From assembly GCA_000004985.1 (NCBI GenBank), contig GG738897.1: a DNA stretch of 64,000 bases. The stretch is one strand, 5' to 3'. Below are positions 32,877-45,134 of the stretch, in pieces. The stretch comes from Naegleria gruberi. Taxonomy: Eukaryota. The notes under the pieces were generated by a model. It had not been told where the DNA came from. It did not search any database and worked only from the letters and a program-made list of their open reading frames with translations. Position numbers and translations under genes: made by a program. Position 1 is the stretch's first letter. Each line of letters opens with the position of its first letter.

Positions 32877-33766
32877 GGTGTATTATGTGGATCAGGGAAG
32901 GAAGGTGTGTGATGTTATTGAGTTTTGGTGTTTTTTTTGGGTTAATTTTGGAACAAGTTGAGTTGTTTGCTGTAAACCTCACCACAAAATTCACGTTCAG
33001 CAAAACTTTTTGTTTTGAACCTTCCATTACAATTTTTCCATGTTTGGTCGTTATGATGGAACAATTTAGCAATTAATTGAGTGATGGCCCAATAGGTTCT
33101 GCATTATTTTCCTGATCGAATTCAATACACCACTTTCTATATGATGGAAAATCATATTGGATAAGCTAATAGAAATTGACATGAAAATCAGTGGATGGTG
33201 TGAACTCCTAGAGAGTTGATATGACTAGCAGAACCAACAACTCATCATGATTCATATGATGATGAATTATTAGTAGCACTCGATGTTCTAATCACAATAG
33301 GTTCCAAAATACTATGATCTGTTAATGATTGAACCTGTTCATGGAAGAGTGTAACACTGTCCTTTCTTTTCTGTTTGTTTCCGACAATCACTTGGTCAAT
33401 ATTACTCAATAATTCATGATGAATTGATCAAAATAATGGAACACAAGAAAATATACCCAAGTATTCAAAGGATTCATCACAATTAAACAAATTTCATAGA
33501 AAACAGGAGAAATGTAATTAGGAATCATTTAGTTATAGTACTTTTCAACTTCCTCACGTTCTGGAAGTTCTTCAACAATTCTAATAGGATGAAGAAAAGT
33601 ATCCAAAGATGATAAATTCCTGTCTTCATCAGCAGTACTAATAAAATAGTAATGCAGACAACATGCGGGATAAAATATTCGCAATTTTTTCTGTGTGGAA
33701 TCTTGTGGAATCTTTGCAGAGCTTGCAGTTTTGATAGAACTATATTGGTAGGCAATCTTTTCTTTG

Positions 33767-35203
33767 TTAAAGGAGTGGTTTTGAAGTGTTGATTCGTTGG
33801 TTTTGTAAAAAAGTTTCAACACTATTTGAAAGATAAGGAAATAAAGTTGAAAAAGACTGTTTTCCAATACAAATGATGTTTGAGTACTTATTTCTTGATA
33901 ATCTTTCCACCTCCTTATTTGGATGTAAGCGAATTATTACATTAAGGGAAACACCTTTTTTAATTGACTCCCATACTTGACATCTTGAGCTTTCCCACCA
34001 TTCATTAAGCTTGCTATTATTGGCTTCTTTAATATTTTTCACAAACAAGTCAAATTCACTGTCTGTATCAAGCTCTTTAATCGATTCCAATTCATTGAAA
34101 GTGGATTCTACACTATTATCATTTTCGTTGATATTAGACTCAATTTCATTCACAGTGGTTGATTGGTTTTCATCACTTGATCCATTGCCAATTTGTATTT
34201 TCAATTCTTGTTTAGCTTTTGTAACTTCAATACCTTTGCTAAAATTATTAATAAAATTATTAAGGACACTTGTAGGTGTGTCATTCTTTCTTAATAAAGT
34301 TATTGTTTCTAAATCTATAGTGTTATATTCGTTTAAATACATTAGTTCAGGAGCCAATGATTTATATCCAATATCTAAATCATTTCCAGTAAGTGCTTTT
34401 ATACTTATTCGAAAATGAACTGGAGTATAATTGGCTAAATAGAATAAATAAATATCTGTATGATTATGATCTGATGGAAACAATGCTATTTGATCTATCT
34501 TTTGATAATCTTCTTTTTTAATAAACCGAAAGAATAATTGTTCACCTGAATATTTATCTGATTCACTATCAATCCAATTATTATCTTTACAATAATCATA
34601 AAAACTTGATGAATTGAATAATCTTTTACATCTAACCTTGCAATCCAATATTGGTATGACATCAGGTTGCAATACGTATTTCGTAGAAACTATCATACTT
34701 TTTAAGGTAATATCAAGCGATGTCAAGGCAATACCAATTACTGGTTCCATAATTTCTTCTCTATCAGAAAGTGTTAATAATTGGGAACTAATGGTTTGAG
34801 GAGTATCTGAATATGGAAAGTTCATATTACTTAAATATTGAACACAAAAACCATATCCAAGTGCATCAACAGCATAGAATTGTAGCTCGTTATCACTGGA
34901 AGGACCGGTTATTCCTGACATTACTAAATTTTTAGCAACTTGTCCATCTTTTACAATAAATGTTGATCCCAATATTTCTGGAAACTTGTGGTGCATGATA
35001 TATTTCATTAATACTAATTTAAATGATTCCATGTAAATCTGTCTAGACTTTTCCATACGTTCTTCGAATGATTTACATTTGCTTTTAATGTATTCTTTCA
35101 TTTTTGTTTCTGAATTCATAAATGCTCCTGTTACATCCTTTTTTTGATCCATCATATCAGATGTAAAATATAAAGAGCCTGTCTTCTTCTCATTGGAAAC
35201 CAT
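33767..35203 (-). CDS. hypothetical protein (possibly downstream part of the P-loop gene at 35518..36819)
   Basis: 478-aa ORF from ATG at 35203. Same strand as the two ORFs upstream (35152..35448 and 35518..36819), close together. I could not resolve the splice junctions. Confidence 0.35.
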   Translation of the reverse strand: MVSNEKKTGSLYFTSDMMDQKKDVTGAFMNSETKMKEYIKSKCKSFEERMEKSRQIYMESFKLVLMKYIMHHKFPEILGSTFIVKDGQVAKNLVMSGITGPSSDNELQFYAVDALGYGFCVQYLSNMNFPYSDTPQTISSQLLTLSDREEIMEPVIGIALTSLDITLKSMIVSTKYVLQPDVIPILDCKVRCKRLFNSSSFYDYCKDNNWIDSESDKYSGEQLFFRFIKKEDYQKIDQIALFPSDHNHTDIYLFYLANYTPVHFRISIKALTGNDLDIGYKSLAPELMYLNEYNTIDLETITLLRKNDTPTSVLNNFINNFSKGIEVTKAKQELKIQIGNGSSDENQSTTVNEIESNINENDNSVESTFNELESIKELDTDSEFDLFVKNIKEANNSKLNEWWESSRCQVWESIKKGVSLNVIIRLHPNKEVERLSRNKYSNIICIGKQSFSTLFPYLSNSVETFLQNQRINTSKPLL

Positions 35204-35517
35204 GCTTTACACTCATTCAATTCATCGATACCAAATTTAACATTATGCACAAGCATGAAATGAATAAATTGTTCCATATTTAAATATTGAAAACTGTATA
35301 ATTTACAACATTCTTGAGATAATTCTGTTTTTGCCATACCTGAACGAATCATGGAAGTGATATCTATATCAAATGATGTACCTGCAAACAGGGAAGCTGA
35401 TGATGCAACAATATTAATTTCAGTTGCAAGACACTCAATATACCACAATGACGTGGGTTAATAGAAAAAAATCTTTGAGAAGATCTGAAACATTTTCAAT
35501 GTATAATTTGCTGCAAC

Positions 35518-36819
35518 TTACGCTTCAAATAAATTTGCTTCATCAACACAAATAATAAACTTTTCTGAGTTGATCTTGACTTCTTTTAAATTAACCAATA
35601 TGGTTGACATTAGATCTTTACAAACTTTACGTAATACTGCAATATCACAATAATGATAATTTTTAGAAACCAAGATATCAAATATATTTCCCTCTATTTT
35701 GGTATTACCATTACATTGATTGAATGAAATTAAGGAGAGTAAACAACCCTCAAAACAATCAATTTGTTGTTGTGTGACACTTTTTAAAATTAATAAAATA
35801 TGTAACATTTTTGTAATTAACAATAATTGACATAATTGTCGAATTGTAACAAATCTATCTTGAGTCTTTTTAATATATGTCAGAAATGTTGTTGAGCCTT
35901 TATCTTGAGCATTTGCATTAACAAATTCGGCTTCATGTGCTCCACATATATAAATACCTGGATATCTTGAAAGTGATCTGATAATTAGACCTGTTTTTCC
36001 CATTCCACTAGGTGATATTATTATAACTGGTAACTTTGAATTTTCAATATTGTTTTCAATAATTTTATCATTCTCTTCACTGACTTGAAGACTTGGTAAA
36101 TGTGGAAATAAATGAAACGCTAATTCGTTACTGAGATTCCTTTTAAATGAAGGTAATTCTATATGCCCATCGTATTTCTTTTTCATAATAGTTCCAATTT
36201 CAATTGTACAATTTCTAATACAATGATTCAAATCATCAATACTAATAGTTGGTGGTATAATGTTATTTCTTGTTAAATATTCTAAATAGCACTTGTCATA
36301 ATAATCTACAACGTTAACTGATGAAGGTAGTTGAAGTAATTCTATTACCTTAGTATCTACAAAGGTTTTTATCAACCAACCAGCAATCATAATTGCCATT
36401 ACTTCACAAGTTACCTTATTAGATTTCATCAGATAATCTACCATTACTTGTTTAGCCTCTAATGGAGTATATGATGATTTGATGGCTGTTGTATATTCAT
36501 CAATGGCCGCTTCTAAATGCAATCCACGAAGAGCATCACCTAGTGGATAGATATCATTAATTTTATCTTTTTTCACTGATTGAATATCATTATCATCAAG
36601 GGCCAATTCTTCCATCAGAATTTGCAATACCTCCTCATGTTTAATGTACTTTAAGTTTTCCAACAACAACAAATAATTTGGCTTGGTTTTCTTTGATGAA
36701 GAAGAAAAAGCAGCGATCAATTTTCTCTTATGGCTATTAGTACTGTCCTCTAAGGTACTTTCTTGGGTGGTTGATTGTTCGGGTTGTGAAGGAGTGGCTG
36801 CAGGAGGTTGCTTTTGCAT
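35518..36819 (-). CDS. P-loop NTPase-domain hypothetical protein
   Basis: ATG at 36819. Walker A IISPSGMGKTGLI and a Walker B-like FIICVDEAN. The ORF ends in GC|GTAAGT, suggesting splicing to downstream exons. Confidence 0.4.
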   Translation of the reverse strand: MQKQPPAATPSQPEQSTTQESTLEDSTNSHKRKLIAAFSSSSKKTKPNYLLLLENLKYIKHEEVLQILMEELALDDNDIQSVKKDKINDIYPLGDALRGLHLEAAIDEYTTAIKSSYTPLEAKQVMVDYLMKSNKVTCEVMAIMIAGWLIKTFVDTKVIELLQLPSSVNVVDYYDKCYLEYLTRNNIIPPTISIDDLNHCIRNCTIEIGTIMKKKYDGHIELPSFKRNLSNELAFHLFPHLPSLQVSEENDKIIENNIENSKLPVIIISPSGMGKTGLIIRSLSRYPGIYICGAHEAEFVNANAQDKGSTTFLTYIKKTQDRFVTIRQLCQLLLITKMLHILLILKSVTQQQIDCFEGCLLSLISFNQCNGNTKIEGNIFDILVSKNYHYCDIAVLRKVCKDLMSTILVNLKEVKINSEKFIICVDEANLFEA

Positions 36820-36893
36820 TTTTTTTATTCTATTAAGGACTGTTTCATAAAACTATAATCCACAACAATTTATTTAACAATATTGTTAAATAA

Positions 36894-38645
36894 TTAATTC
36901 AAAGTAAATCCATATAAATTTCCAATGTTTTTCCGATAATCAATAATGGTATTAATTGTTTGGGAGTCGATTGAATCGGTGCTTTGTTCTCTACGTTCCC
37001 TAACGAGTTCATTAAAGTTGGAAATCAAATCAGATTTTGAATTCTTATTGGATTTCCACATGGTGAGTGGAAGAAAGCTGTTCATATCAAAATAAATCAT
37101 CATGGAGTATCTGCACTCGGTATTTGAAATCCTCTCAATGTAAGACCCTCCAAATAGAGACCCCTTGGTGTGTCCTTTTGGTGGTTGAAATTTGGAGTTG
37201 TGAATTGGAAGTCTGGCTATCCAATAACTTGATTGTTTCGAATTGCAAATAGAACTAAAGGTTTCTTGATTCTTATTTTCCTTTCCAATGTGCCATTCGT
37301 GAAGAGTTTCATCTCTTGCTGAGAGACCAACATGGAAATATCTGGAAGTGAGTGGGAAATTCTTCTTTACACACAATTGACTAATAATACAGGAATAGAT
37401 ATCTCCCTGAACATAATCAATGTGCGAAGTTTCCTCAACTGCTTCTTTTGAAAAGTAGGAATCAAACATGATTCGGATAACTTCATCTGTGGATGCTTTC
37501 ACAATACCAGTTTCTTTGAAAATCTTGAATTTTTCCTTTTTTAACTTTCGTTTCGAATCTGAATTGTAATGTTTCAAATTAAGTTCGGTATAGTACGAAG
37601 TGGTTTCTCCATTCACTCCAGATTGATGCCAAATACCTTCATCTTGGTGAAGCATTTTAAAAAGTGTATAGTGCTTATCTTGGACTATTCCACTTCCGTC
37701 TAACATTACACTTTCTAATACCTCAAACACTTTGGATGAAGAAGGCATTACATGAAGTGAAGATTTAAAATCTGAGTCTCCATCATATGGGTAAGATTCT
37801 GTATCTTCTGAATTTGGTGAAAAAGCTCTGCTCGATTTTGGTGATGAACAAACTTTAGCTCCCTCAATTTCGAAACTTTCATTCGAAACCTGATTCGATT
37901 CTCGATCTTGAATAGCTTGCACCAACTTGTCTGACAATGATAAATTATCAGACATCTTTCTACAGCCCATCTGAATATAAAATCGTTCTAAAAAGTCACA
38001 AACTTGATTGATTGAAATTTTCGAAACCTTTCTAAATTCCATTGCCGATTGATCTAACACAAATTTTGCATACAGATCACTTCCAACAAATCTCATATAA
38101 TTATCAGTTCCCAAACTATAGTGAATATGTGAAAAAATCGGATCAAATATCGTAACTGGTGTTTCCTTAATCGAACACTTGGCAAATTCTTTCATAAAAT
38201 TTTCCTTCACATGATTCGGCAAGTTTAGTTGATTTGCAGAACAATCCTTTACATAAATATCAACCAATTCGTGTCCTAATTTAAATCTATTCTTTGCAGA
38301 TTTCAGCAATTTGAATTCATCCAATTTAAAGATAAACTTCAAAGTCATAACATTTTGCTCAAGTTCGAGAAATTCATGAAAAAGTTGGACGAACGAATCT
38401 TGAAAACCTCGATCGAGAAAATCATCAAATGGAAGGGTGAATGAGTGGGAAACATCCTTTAGAAAGTTTGATAGAATGATGGTTTGTAGTTCTCCTAGCG
38501 GGAGTTGAAATTTGTATTCGTTTAGAATATTGTTGGGTTTCGAAAAGTTTCGGGTATCAAAGGATCGTTGTTTTGTAGGTGATGATGGTTTGGTGATGAA
38601 TAGCAGAGAAGGTGAAGAAGCACCTTTGGGCGAGGTTTGTGTCAT
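36894..38645 (-). CDS. RGS-domain protein with C-terminal START-like domain
   Basis: N-terminal RGS fold (FLKDVSHSFTLPFDDFLDRGFQDSFVQLF...DNYMRFVGSDLYAKF). The C-terminal roughly 200 aa resemble a START lipid-binding fold by pattern only. Confidence 0.5.
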   Translation of the reverse strand: MTQTSPKGASSPSLLFITKPSSPTKQRSFDTRNFSKPNNILNEYKFQLPLGELQTIILSNFLKDVSHSFTLPFDDFLDRGFQDSFVQLFHEFLELEQNVMTLKFIFKLDEFKLLKSAKNRFKLGHELVDIYVKDCSANQLNLPNHVKENFMKEFAKCSIKETPVTIFDPIFSHIHYSLGTDNYMRFVGSDLYAKFVLDQSAMEFRKVSKISINQVCDFLERFYIQMGCRKMSDNLSLSDKLVQAIQDRESNQVSNESFEIEGAKVCSSPKSSRAFSPNSEDTESYPYDGDSDFKSSLHVMPSSSKVFEVLESVMLDGSGIVQDKHYTLFKMLHQDEGIWHQSGVNGETTSYYTELNLKHYNSDSKRKLKKEKFKIFKETGIVKASTDEVIRIMFDSYFSKEAVEETSHIDYVQGDIYSCIISQLCVKKNFPLTSRYFHVGLSARDETLHEWHIGKENKNQETFSSICNSKQSSYWIARLPIHNSKFQPPKGHTKGSLFGGSYIERISNTECRYSMMIYFDMNSFLPLTMWKSNKNSKSDLISNFNELVRERREQSTDSIDSQTINTIIDYRKNIGNLYGFTLN

Positions 38646-38884
38646 TTTGTTTTCTTTTGAAAGTAGACGAAAGATCTATCTCTAATACAATGACAATTAA
38701 ATTCATCACTTAACCAAAGAGTATGTGCAAAATCTCAGAAAGGAAAGAATACCTGCCTTCGATCCAATAATTCACCGAATCTCTCTTCAACTTATTCGAA
38801 TCCACAGATTCGTATTTCAAATATTCCAAACATACTTACAATATTCTATCTAACACAATAATGGTCATGGATCTTTATTTTTAT

Positions 38885-40212
38885 TTATTTTCTAATAAAC
38901 TCATCAATCTCCTTAATGAACTTTTCTCCATAAAATTGGACCCAATGTGAGCTTTCTTTCACAATGAAAACCTTTGATTTCTTTTGAGCTTCCTCAGTCA
39001 ATGCTTCTCTCAATGCAAATTGTGAAGTTTCCTCAGTCAAATATCTATCATTCTCAGCATGTAAGAACAATACAGGGACATTCACCTTTTCCTTATCGAA
39101 ACTACGTTTAGATTGAGAACGGAAAGCTCCTCTGTAGAATGAGGTTGCTGTGGTAAAGCTGGATCTGATATTTTGCAACCAGAATTTTGCCTCTTCAGCA
39201 CTTAATCTTCCTTTACGACCTTCTTCGTCAAAAACTCCAAAGTTCAATAAGAATGCAAAATCATTCTTCCTAAAAAGGTAGTCACTCAATCCAAGAGCTT
39301 GAAGGAAAAAGACATACCAACTCTTGTACACTTGAGTTAGGAATGGTCCAAAGTTTTCCTTAATGTACTTTCCTTGATTAGCTCTGATGGCTACTCCAAG
39401 AACTGCCTTTTCAATAATTTCAGGATATTCTCTTTTTAAATTGGAAATTCAAGATGAAAAAGTTTCTGATACAACTTACCTCATTGTATAAGTTAATGTG
39501 GCTGCTCCCCAATCGTGCGAAATGAAAATTGCCTTTGTTCTCTTTGCATATTCAGTAACAAGGAGTTGATAATCCTTTGCCAATTTAACATCAATATATT
39601 CATTGGCAATTCCATTAAGATCTTGGAGATATTTCTTTAAAGATTCAAAGGTCAATTCAGATGGTAGACCATTATTGATTTGTTTCAAATCGACTCCTTC
39701 AGGAACTGGCTTTGAACTTGTATTGTATCCTCTATTTAAATTGTAATAAATTGTAATAAATATTTGATCAATTACAAAAATTATTCAATAAACAATAAAA
39801 CAAACCTCATATCAGGTGCAATTACCCAATATCCTTGTTGAATGAAATGGTCCAAATACCTTCCATAACAAAGCAAGGCACTCTCTGGATAGCCATGCAT
39901 AAAAATCAACAATTTCTGATTGGCATCTCCTTCCTTTCTTCCTCCTTCCAAAGCATTAAAAACAATTCCATTCGAAAGTGAAATCTTGACAAAGCTAGCC
40001 AATTTAGGTGGGAAATTCATGGTAACACCATTGGCTTTCATGATTGGACCCATCTTTTGATGGTATTCTTCAAGAGTTTGAATAGGCCAATCTTTACTCA
40101 ATTGATCAAGAGTTGGGAATGGATAAAAAGCAATATAACCAATCAATGCTGCAATGATCAAAAAGATGGTTAGAAAAATGGTCCGACAACAGGAAAAGAG
40201 CAATCTGAACAT
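38885..40212 (-). CDS. alpha/beta-hydrolase, epoxide hydrolase-like (3 exons: 40212..39806, 39731..39480, 39431..38885)
   Basis: HGYPESALLCYGRYL...GYWVIAPDMR|G (intron GTTTGT...aatag, 74 nt), then ISHDWGAATLTYTM|R (intron GTAAGT...aaaaag, 48 nt), then the C-terminal cap/His region. Both junctions restore the frame. HDWG is the nucleophile elbow of epoxide hydrolases. Confidence 0.7.
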
Positions 40213-40495
40213 TTTTTTCAATATTAATAAATTAATAAATAATTAATAAAGTGTTTCAAGTGTTTGAAAATTGATGCAAGTATTGGAATAGATGCGGAGG
40301 ATTATTGGTTGAGTCCTCTGTGGCCTTTAATGGAAATGATGGTGATGTAATCAATCCTCAAATGATCTTTGCTTGTTGGCTTACAAAATAGTTGCAGATG
40401 ATTGTTTCATCAATTTTCATTGAACAATTACAATTGTATTGATATTAAGGTATATTATTATTTTAATCTTTGTAAAATTTACAAATGAACATTAT

Positions 40496-41942
40496 TTACA
40501 ATTGATCAGCAGGCCAGTAATTTTGAATTTGTTGATATTTGGTTTGATCCTTTCTCTTCAAAACTGAAAATCTTCTCGAGAAGATTCTATAACCCAACAA
40601 TCCCATAAGAATGACACCAAACAACAATCCAACAATGGCAACTGCAAGAACAATGACAACGAGAATAATCAAAACACCTTCTCCTTTGCAATCTCCACCA
40701 CCACATCCTCCCATATCACAATTTCCACAATCTCCTCCACCACCATATCCACCTTGACAATTCATGCATCCTAAATAGCAGCAACTACCACCACCTCCAT
40801 AATTAGGACGACCATAAAGTGATGACCAGAAGCAATACCAGAAGAACATATCGGAGCAAGCATAGGTTGAGTAAGGTCTTGAATAGTAAGGATAAGTATC
40901 ATAGGTATAGAACTCTTCTGTAGTACAACAATTTCCAAAGAATGTTCCATTAATCATCTTATTCAAAAGAATGATACCACTACAACATAATCCAAACAAT
41001 CCTAAAAAGAAGAAGAACATGACCAATCCACAACTATTTGATATTTCACATCATTAATAATACAATTATCATCATCATTAATATATTAGTGAAATGAATA
41101 TAAATTAAAACTCACATATATGAAACCAGATAGATATTCATTTCAGTTCCGAATAATTTAGCTCTCAATCCATAATCATAATCACACAATGCAAAGAATC
41201 CAGCACAAGCCAAAACTAAAACTTGCCAAACAGCAAGAATGATAGCAAAATCGACAGTTACCAAAGCTCCAAACTTTGCCACAGTCTTTGGTTTGTATCC
41301 ACAACATCCGTCCTTCCCTACTACTTCTGTTCCATCGAGAACTCTGCCATTCTCATCCACATCTTTAATATCATATGTATGTGAGCAAATATCACAAGCA
41401 TAGAAAGAGGAAGCCTTTGGACTCACAGATCTCCATTGATCCTGTTATTATTATTATTATTAATTAATTAGTATTATCATCATTAATTTTACATTGTTGA
41501 TTTGTTATTGATTATTTAAATATATATTATCATCATACAAAATTAAATATATTTGAATTATTAATTATTAGATGAATAAACACTTACCAAACAATAACGA
41601 TGAACAAATTTCATCGATCCTGTACATTTGCACGGAGCAATATAATCATCATTGGCAGTTAAAACTCCATGACAACAACGACAAATCTTGTCCTCTGAAT
41701 CATCGTGATGATGGTGCAGAGAAACCTAACAACAAAATAATATTAGTTAATATCGTCCATCATACAAATATTAAAAAACATACATTTTCCAAACTGCTAT
41801 TATGTTGTTGATGTAAATAGTATGGATCCGATGAGTTGGCATAATAACTATTCGGTGTTGGATTATTGCTTGGCAATGATGGCTCACTCAATAGTTTATT
41901 CTTTGCGAGGGAATCATCATGAGGATGATTGTCAATGACCAT
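40496..41942 (-). CDS. MARCH-type RING-CH (C4HC3) membrane E3 ubiquitin ligase with Cys/Gly-rich C-terminal region (4 exons: 41942..41784, 41725..41598, 41441..41116, 41036..40496)
   Basis: RING-CH spans exons 2-3: ICRCCHG...APCKCTGSMKFVHRYCL|DQWRSVSPKASSFYACDICSHTY. Introns: GTATGT...ttgttgttag (58 nt), GTAAGT...taacag (156 nt), GTGAGT...aaatag (79 nt), all frame-preserving. TM helices and a GGGGSCC...GGCGGGDC tail. Confidence 0.6.
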
Positions 41943-42241
41943 TTCTTGTCTATCTACTGTATTATTTGAAGGTTTTTTATTGGAAGAAGTTGTAAGTTGA
42001 AGTTTATCGAAAAAACTGAAAATTGATTTTGGAGTGGAAATGAATTGGAAGATAAATAGACAGGCTAACAATTGTTGAACTAAAATAGAGTATTTGATTG
42101 TTTTACAATACTGTTTTTACATCCTGATGTGAAAAACATCTAGAGATTTTGATTCCAATAATAAAATCCTAAACCTTTCGTTTTTGTGCTGATTGGTTGG
42201 CTATCCCTTTTTAAATAACTGTACTAATGGTTGTAAATAGC

Positions 42242-43572
42242 TCAATAAATTTGAGTTTGTTCATCCATTTCTCTTGTCCAACCTTTCAGCCGCCCTGGGA
42301 GCTCTTTGGGATTTGAATCATTCAACTCGAGTCGTGTTGAATTTTCCTTCAATGTCCAATAGTTTCTCAATGTTCTTACAGTATTCGAATGGGCACTACA
42401 AACTCTATCAATTGTATTTTCCTTCTCAGTGATATACCCACCTCCCATCATACTAACCAATGGAATGGTAATTGCCCTATTCGTATCAGTGTGAAATAGT
42501 GGATCATGGAGAGCCATTCTCTCGGCAAATTCTGCAACCATTTGATCTCTTTTGAGAACTCCCTCGAGGGAAAGCGACAATCTTCCCAATCTATCACCTT
42601 GTAAAACATCCACACCAGATTGGAAAAAGATGAAATCAATCTTTCCCCTATGTTCCTGTTCGAGAGTATCCAAACAATCAGAAAGAATTCTCAAATAGGT
42701 CTCGTCTTTCATATTATCTTCTAATTCTACATCCCAATCACTTTTTTCCTTATGAATTGGAAAATTATGTTTACAATGCATGGAGAATGTGAAAGATTTT
42801 CCTGAATGCAATAATCTACATAAATTAGAAGTACCATCTCCTTGGTGAACATCCAAATCAATTACCAAATATTTCCTTCCCTCTCCAATAGCTCCAGAAT
42901 TAATTAAATATTGACCTGCTATAACAATATCATTCCAAATACAATAGCCAGATCCTCTATCATAAAAACTGTGATGTCCTCCACCTGCTAAATTGGAACT
43001 TCTCCTAGATTCGTTTAAATTGAGTGCATCCTTAGTGGCACATACTGTAAAATTAATATAACCATTGATAATATAAATGTGAAATTACTCATTCACAACA
43101 ATCCATAAATACAGAAAAACTTACAAGTAGCTCCAATTGTGTGAATAACTCTATTTCTGACTGCTTCATTCCATTCTCCAAATCCAATTCTCTTCATATC
43201 TTTCGGAGAGATGGTACCATCAAGAAATTTATCCACAAAATCATGATCATGAACTTGTTTAACTAAATCTATCGGAATGGGATCTGGTACTTTAATTTCA
43301 GTCTTTAAAACAGCATTAGATTCGGAGAGTGCCTTTGGTACTTGAATCCATTTTGCTTTAAGTGTGTGATGAGTGGGAAGAGTGAATTTTGCTGATGAGT
43401 AACATGAGAAGAATCCATTACTATTGTTATTATTTTCAATAAATTGATTGTTATTGATATTATTATTGGTAGTATTTAATTGGTGAGAGGAGTGATGATA
43501 ATATCTGAGAGGGATGCATGTTGATGATTTGAAAGTCCGAACAGGAAGTGAAAGAGTTTTCCCTCTTATCAT
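42242..43572 (-). CDS. histone deacetylase, class IV (HDAC11-like); exons 43572..43125, 43043..42242
   Basis: LAGGGHHSFYDRGSGYCIWNDIVIA, IDLDVHQGDG and FFQSGVDVLQGDRLGRLSLS align closely to HDAC11 (NVGGGFHH...IDLDAHQGNG...DILEGDRLGGLSIS). Intron 43124..43044 (GTAAGT...ttttacag, 81 nt) restores the frame. Confidence 0.8.
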
Positions 43573-43660
43573 CTTCTAAACAATTTTTTCTGCATGCTAA
43601 TTAAAGTTTGTTACAATCTTATTCAAGTATGCAGAATTGAAGGCGTAATGCAAAGATATC

Positions 43661-44884
43661 TCAACATGTCACAGTAATGGAAATGTCAGAAATAAATCTA
43701 CTTTTTGGACGATTGAGAGCAGAATGCAATAATTGTTGCAAGACTTGGGCTCCCTTAGAATAAAATACAATTCCCTGAGGAAGAACTTGGAATTGGCAAT
43801 TTGGTGTTGGTATTTGGGAGTATCTAATTAAACATGGAGAGTCATTCATGATCATTAGCATTGAATTGTCCTTGTAGTGCATTACTTCAACATCTCTTTC
43901 TACGAATACTTCATCGTATGGAATAGTTCTGGATCGATCCTCTTCCACACATAGACTTTCTTTCAACTGTCTTTCAGTACCGTATTTTGATTTAGTTCTT
44001 CCAAATATATGATAATTTCCAGATTTTGATTTCAGTACGGAAAGACAGGAACCAAGACCTACTGATACCACTGGAAATCCCAAATTATCATTTACACAAA
44101 CATCTTTCACTGTTCTTGGTTGAGTCGTCTCATTATAACCGTTCGATCCACCTGAAACAATTCTACCATCTTTCAATACAGCTATGAAGAAGAAATTTCC
44201 TGATTTGAGAGAAATAACATCCTCAGGGCATCTGTACACTAAATTAGACCAATTGTGAGGAGTGGCATTTGAACTTGATGAATTCCAATTCTGACCACAA
44301 ATGTGAATATCTCTATTATCAATCACACAAACACTGTAAGAGAAACAGCATGAAATGTGAGTAATTCTACTCGAAGGTTTCAATTCTTTGTGAGGAATGA
44401 AAATAGGTTGACTTAAATCAGCATCATCCTTAAACCTTTGAAGTTCCTTAGATCCATGTCCGAATAAATATGTTTCTCCAGTTTTTACATCTTCCATCAA
44501 GATGATAGCATGATCAGTATAGGTTGCAATTTCAACAGCTCTCAATGCCTCATTAAATTTCTTCCCAATTTCCATCTCTTTTGGTTGTTCATCATCAGTT
44601 ATGGTATAAATTTTTCTACTCCAACGATCCATCACCCACAATGTGGACAATGACGATACAATACATCCAATTTCCCTCAGTGCTGGAATATTATACTCCC
44701 TTATCATCTTTTTCACGTTTACATCGACAATCTTCTTTCCAAAAGGCTCCGAACAACAAACTCTCACCTCTTCATTCTGATATTGGAATGGAAAACTCTG
44801 AATAAAATCAATTTGACCCTCCTTAAAATCATCCCATTTCAATTTTTGGGAGAGCAAACTTGTTGGTAAGAGGTAGAAAATCAT
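43661..44884 (-). CDS. hypothetical protein with RCC1-like beta-propeller repeats
   Basis: 407-aa ORF from ATG. Repeats resembling RCC1 blades (IHICGQNWNS, DGRIVSGGSNGYNETTQP, VVSVGLGSCLSVL). Confidence 0.35.
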   Translation of the reverse strand: MIFYLLPTSLLSQKLKWDDFKEGQIDFIQSFPFQYQNEEVRVCCSEPFGKKIVDVNVKKMIREYNIPALREIGCIVSSLSTLWVMDRWSRKIYTITDDEQPKEMEIGKKFNEALRAVEIATYTDHAIILMEDVKTGETYLFGHGSKELQRFKDDADLSQPIFIPHKELKPSSRITHISCCFSYSVCVIDNRDIHICGQNWNSSSSNATPHNWSNLVYRCPEDVISLKSGNFFFIAVLKDGRIVSGGSNGYNETTQPRTVKDVCVNDNLGFPVVSVGLGSCLSVLKSKSGNYHIFGRTKSKYGTERQLKESLCVEEDRSRTIPYDEVFVERDVEVMHYKDNSMLMIMNDSPCLIRYSQIPTPNCQFQVLPQGIVFYSKGAQVLQQLLHSALNRPKSRFISDISITVTC

Positions 44885-45134
44885 TTTTTTTTATTGTTGC
44901 TGGTGAGGAATACAAAAAGAATTCATTTCGGTGTTGGTCGGTGGAAATTAAGGAAATACAAAATATTGTAAAGTGTACTTTGAACTCCAATAGAATGTGA
45001 GCCTTTTTACAACATATGTTAAGATAAGTGAGTTGTCTATGGATCTTTGAAACATGGAGATTGTTTGAGGTGAACTATGCATATAGAGATGTGCTGTTTC
45101 GAATATTTTTATTAAAAAAACAACTATTAAAAAA

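Noticed and set aside
32707-33076. Cluster of 74-84 aa ORFs on both strands between the LRR gene and 33767
   Set aside because: Short, overlapping and low-complexity. The region looks intergenic, with GATGATG-like repeat fragments.
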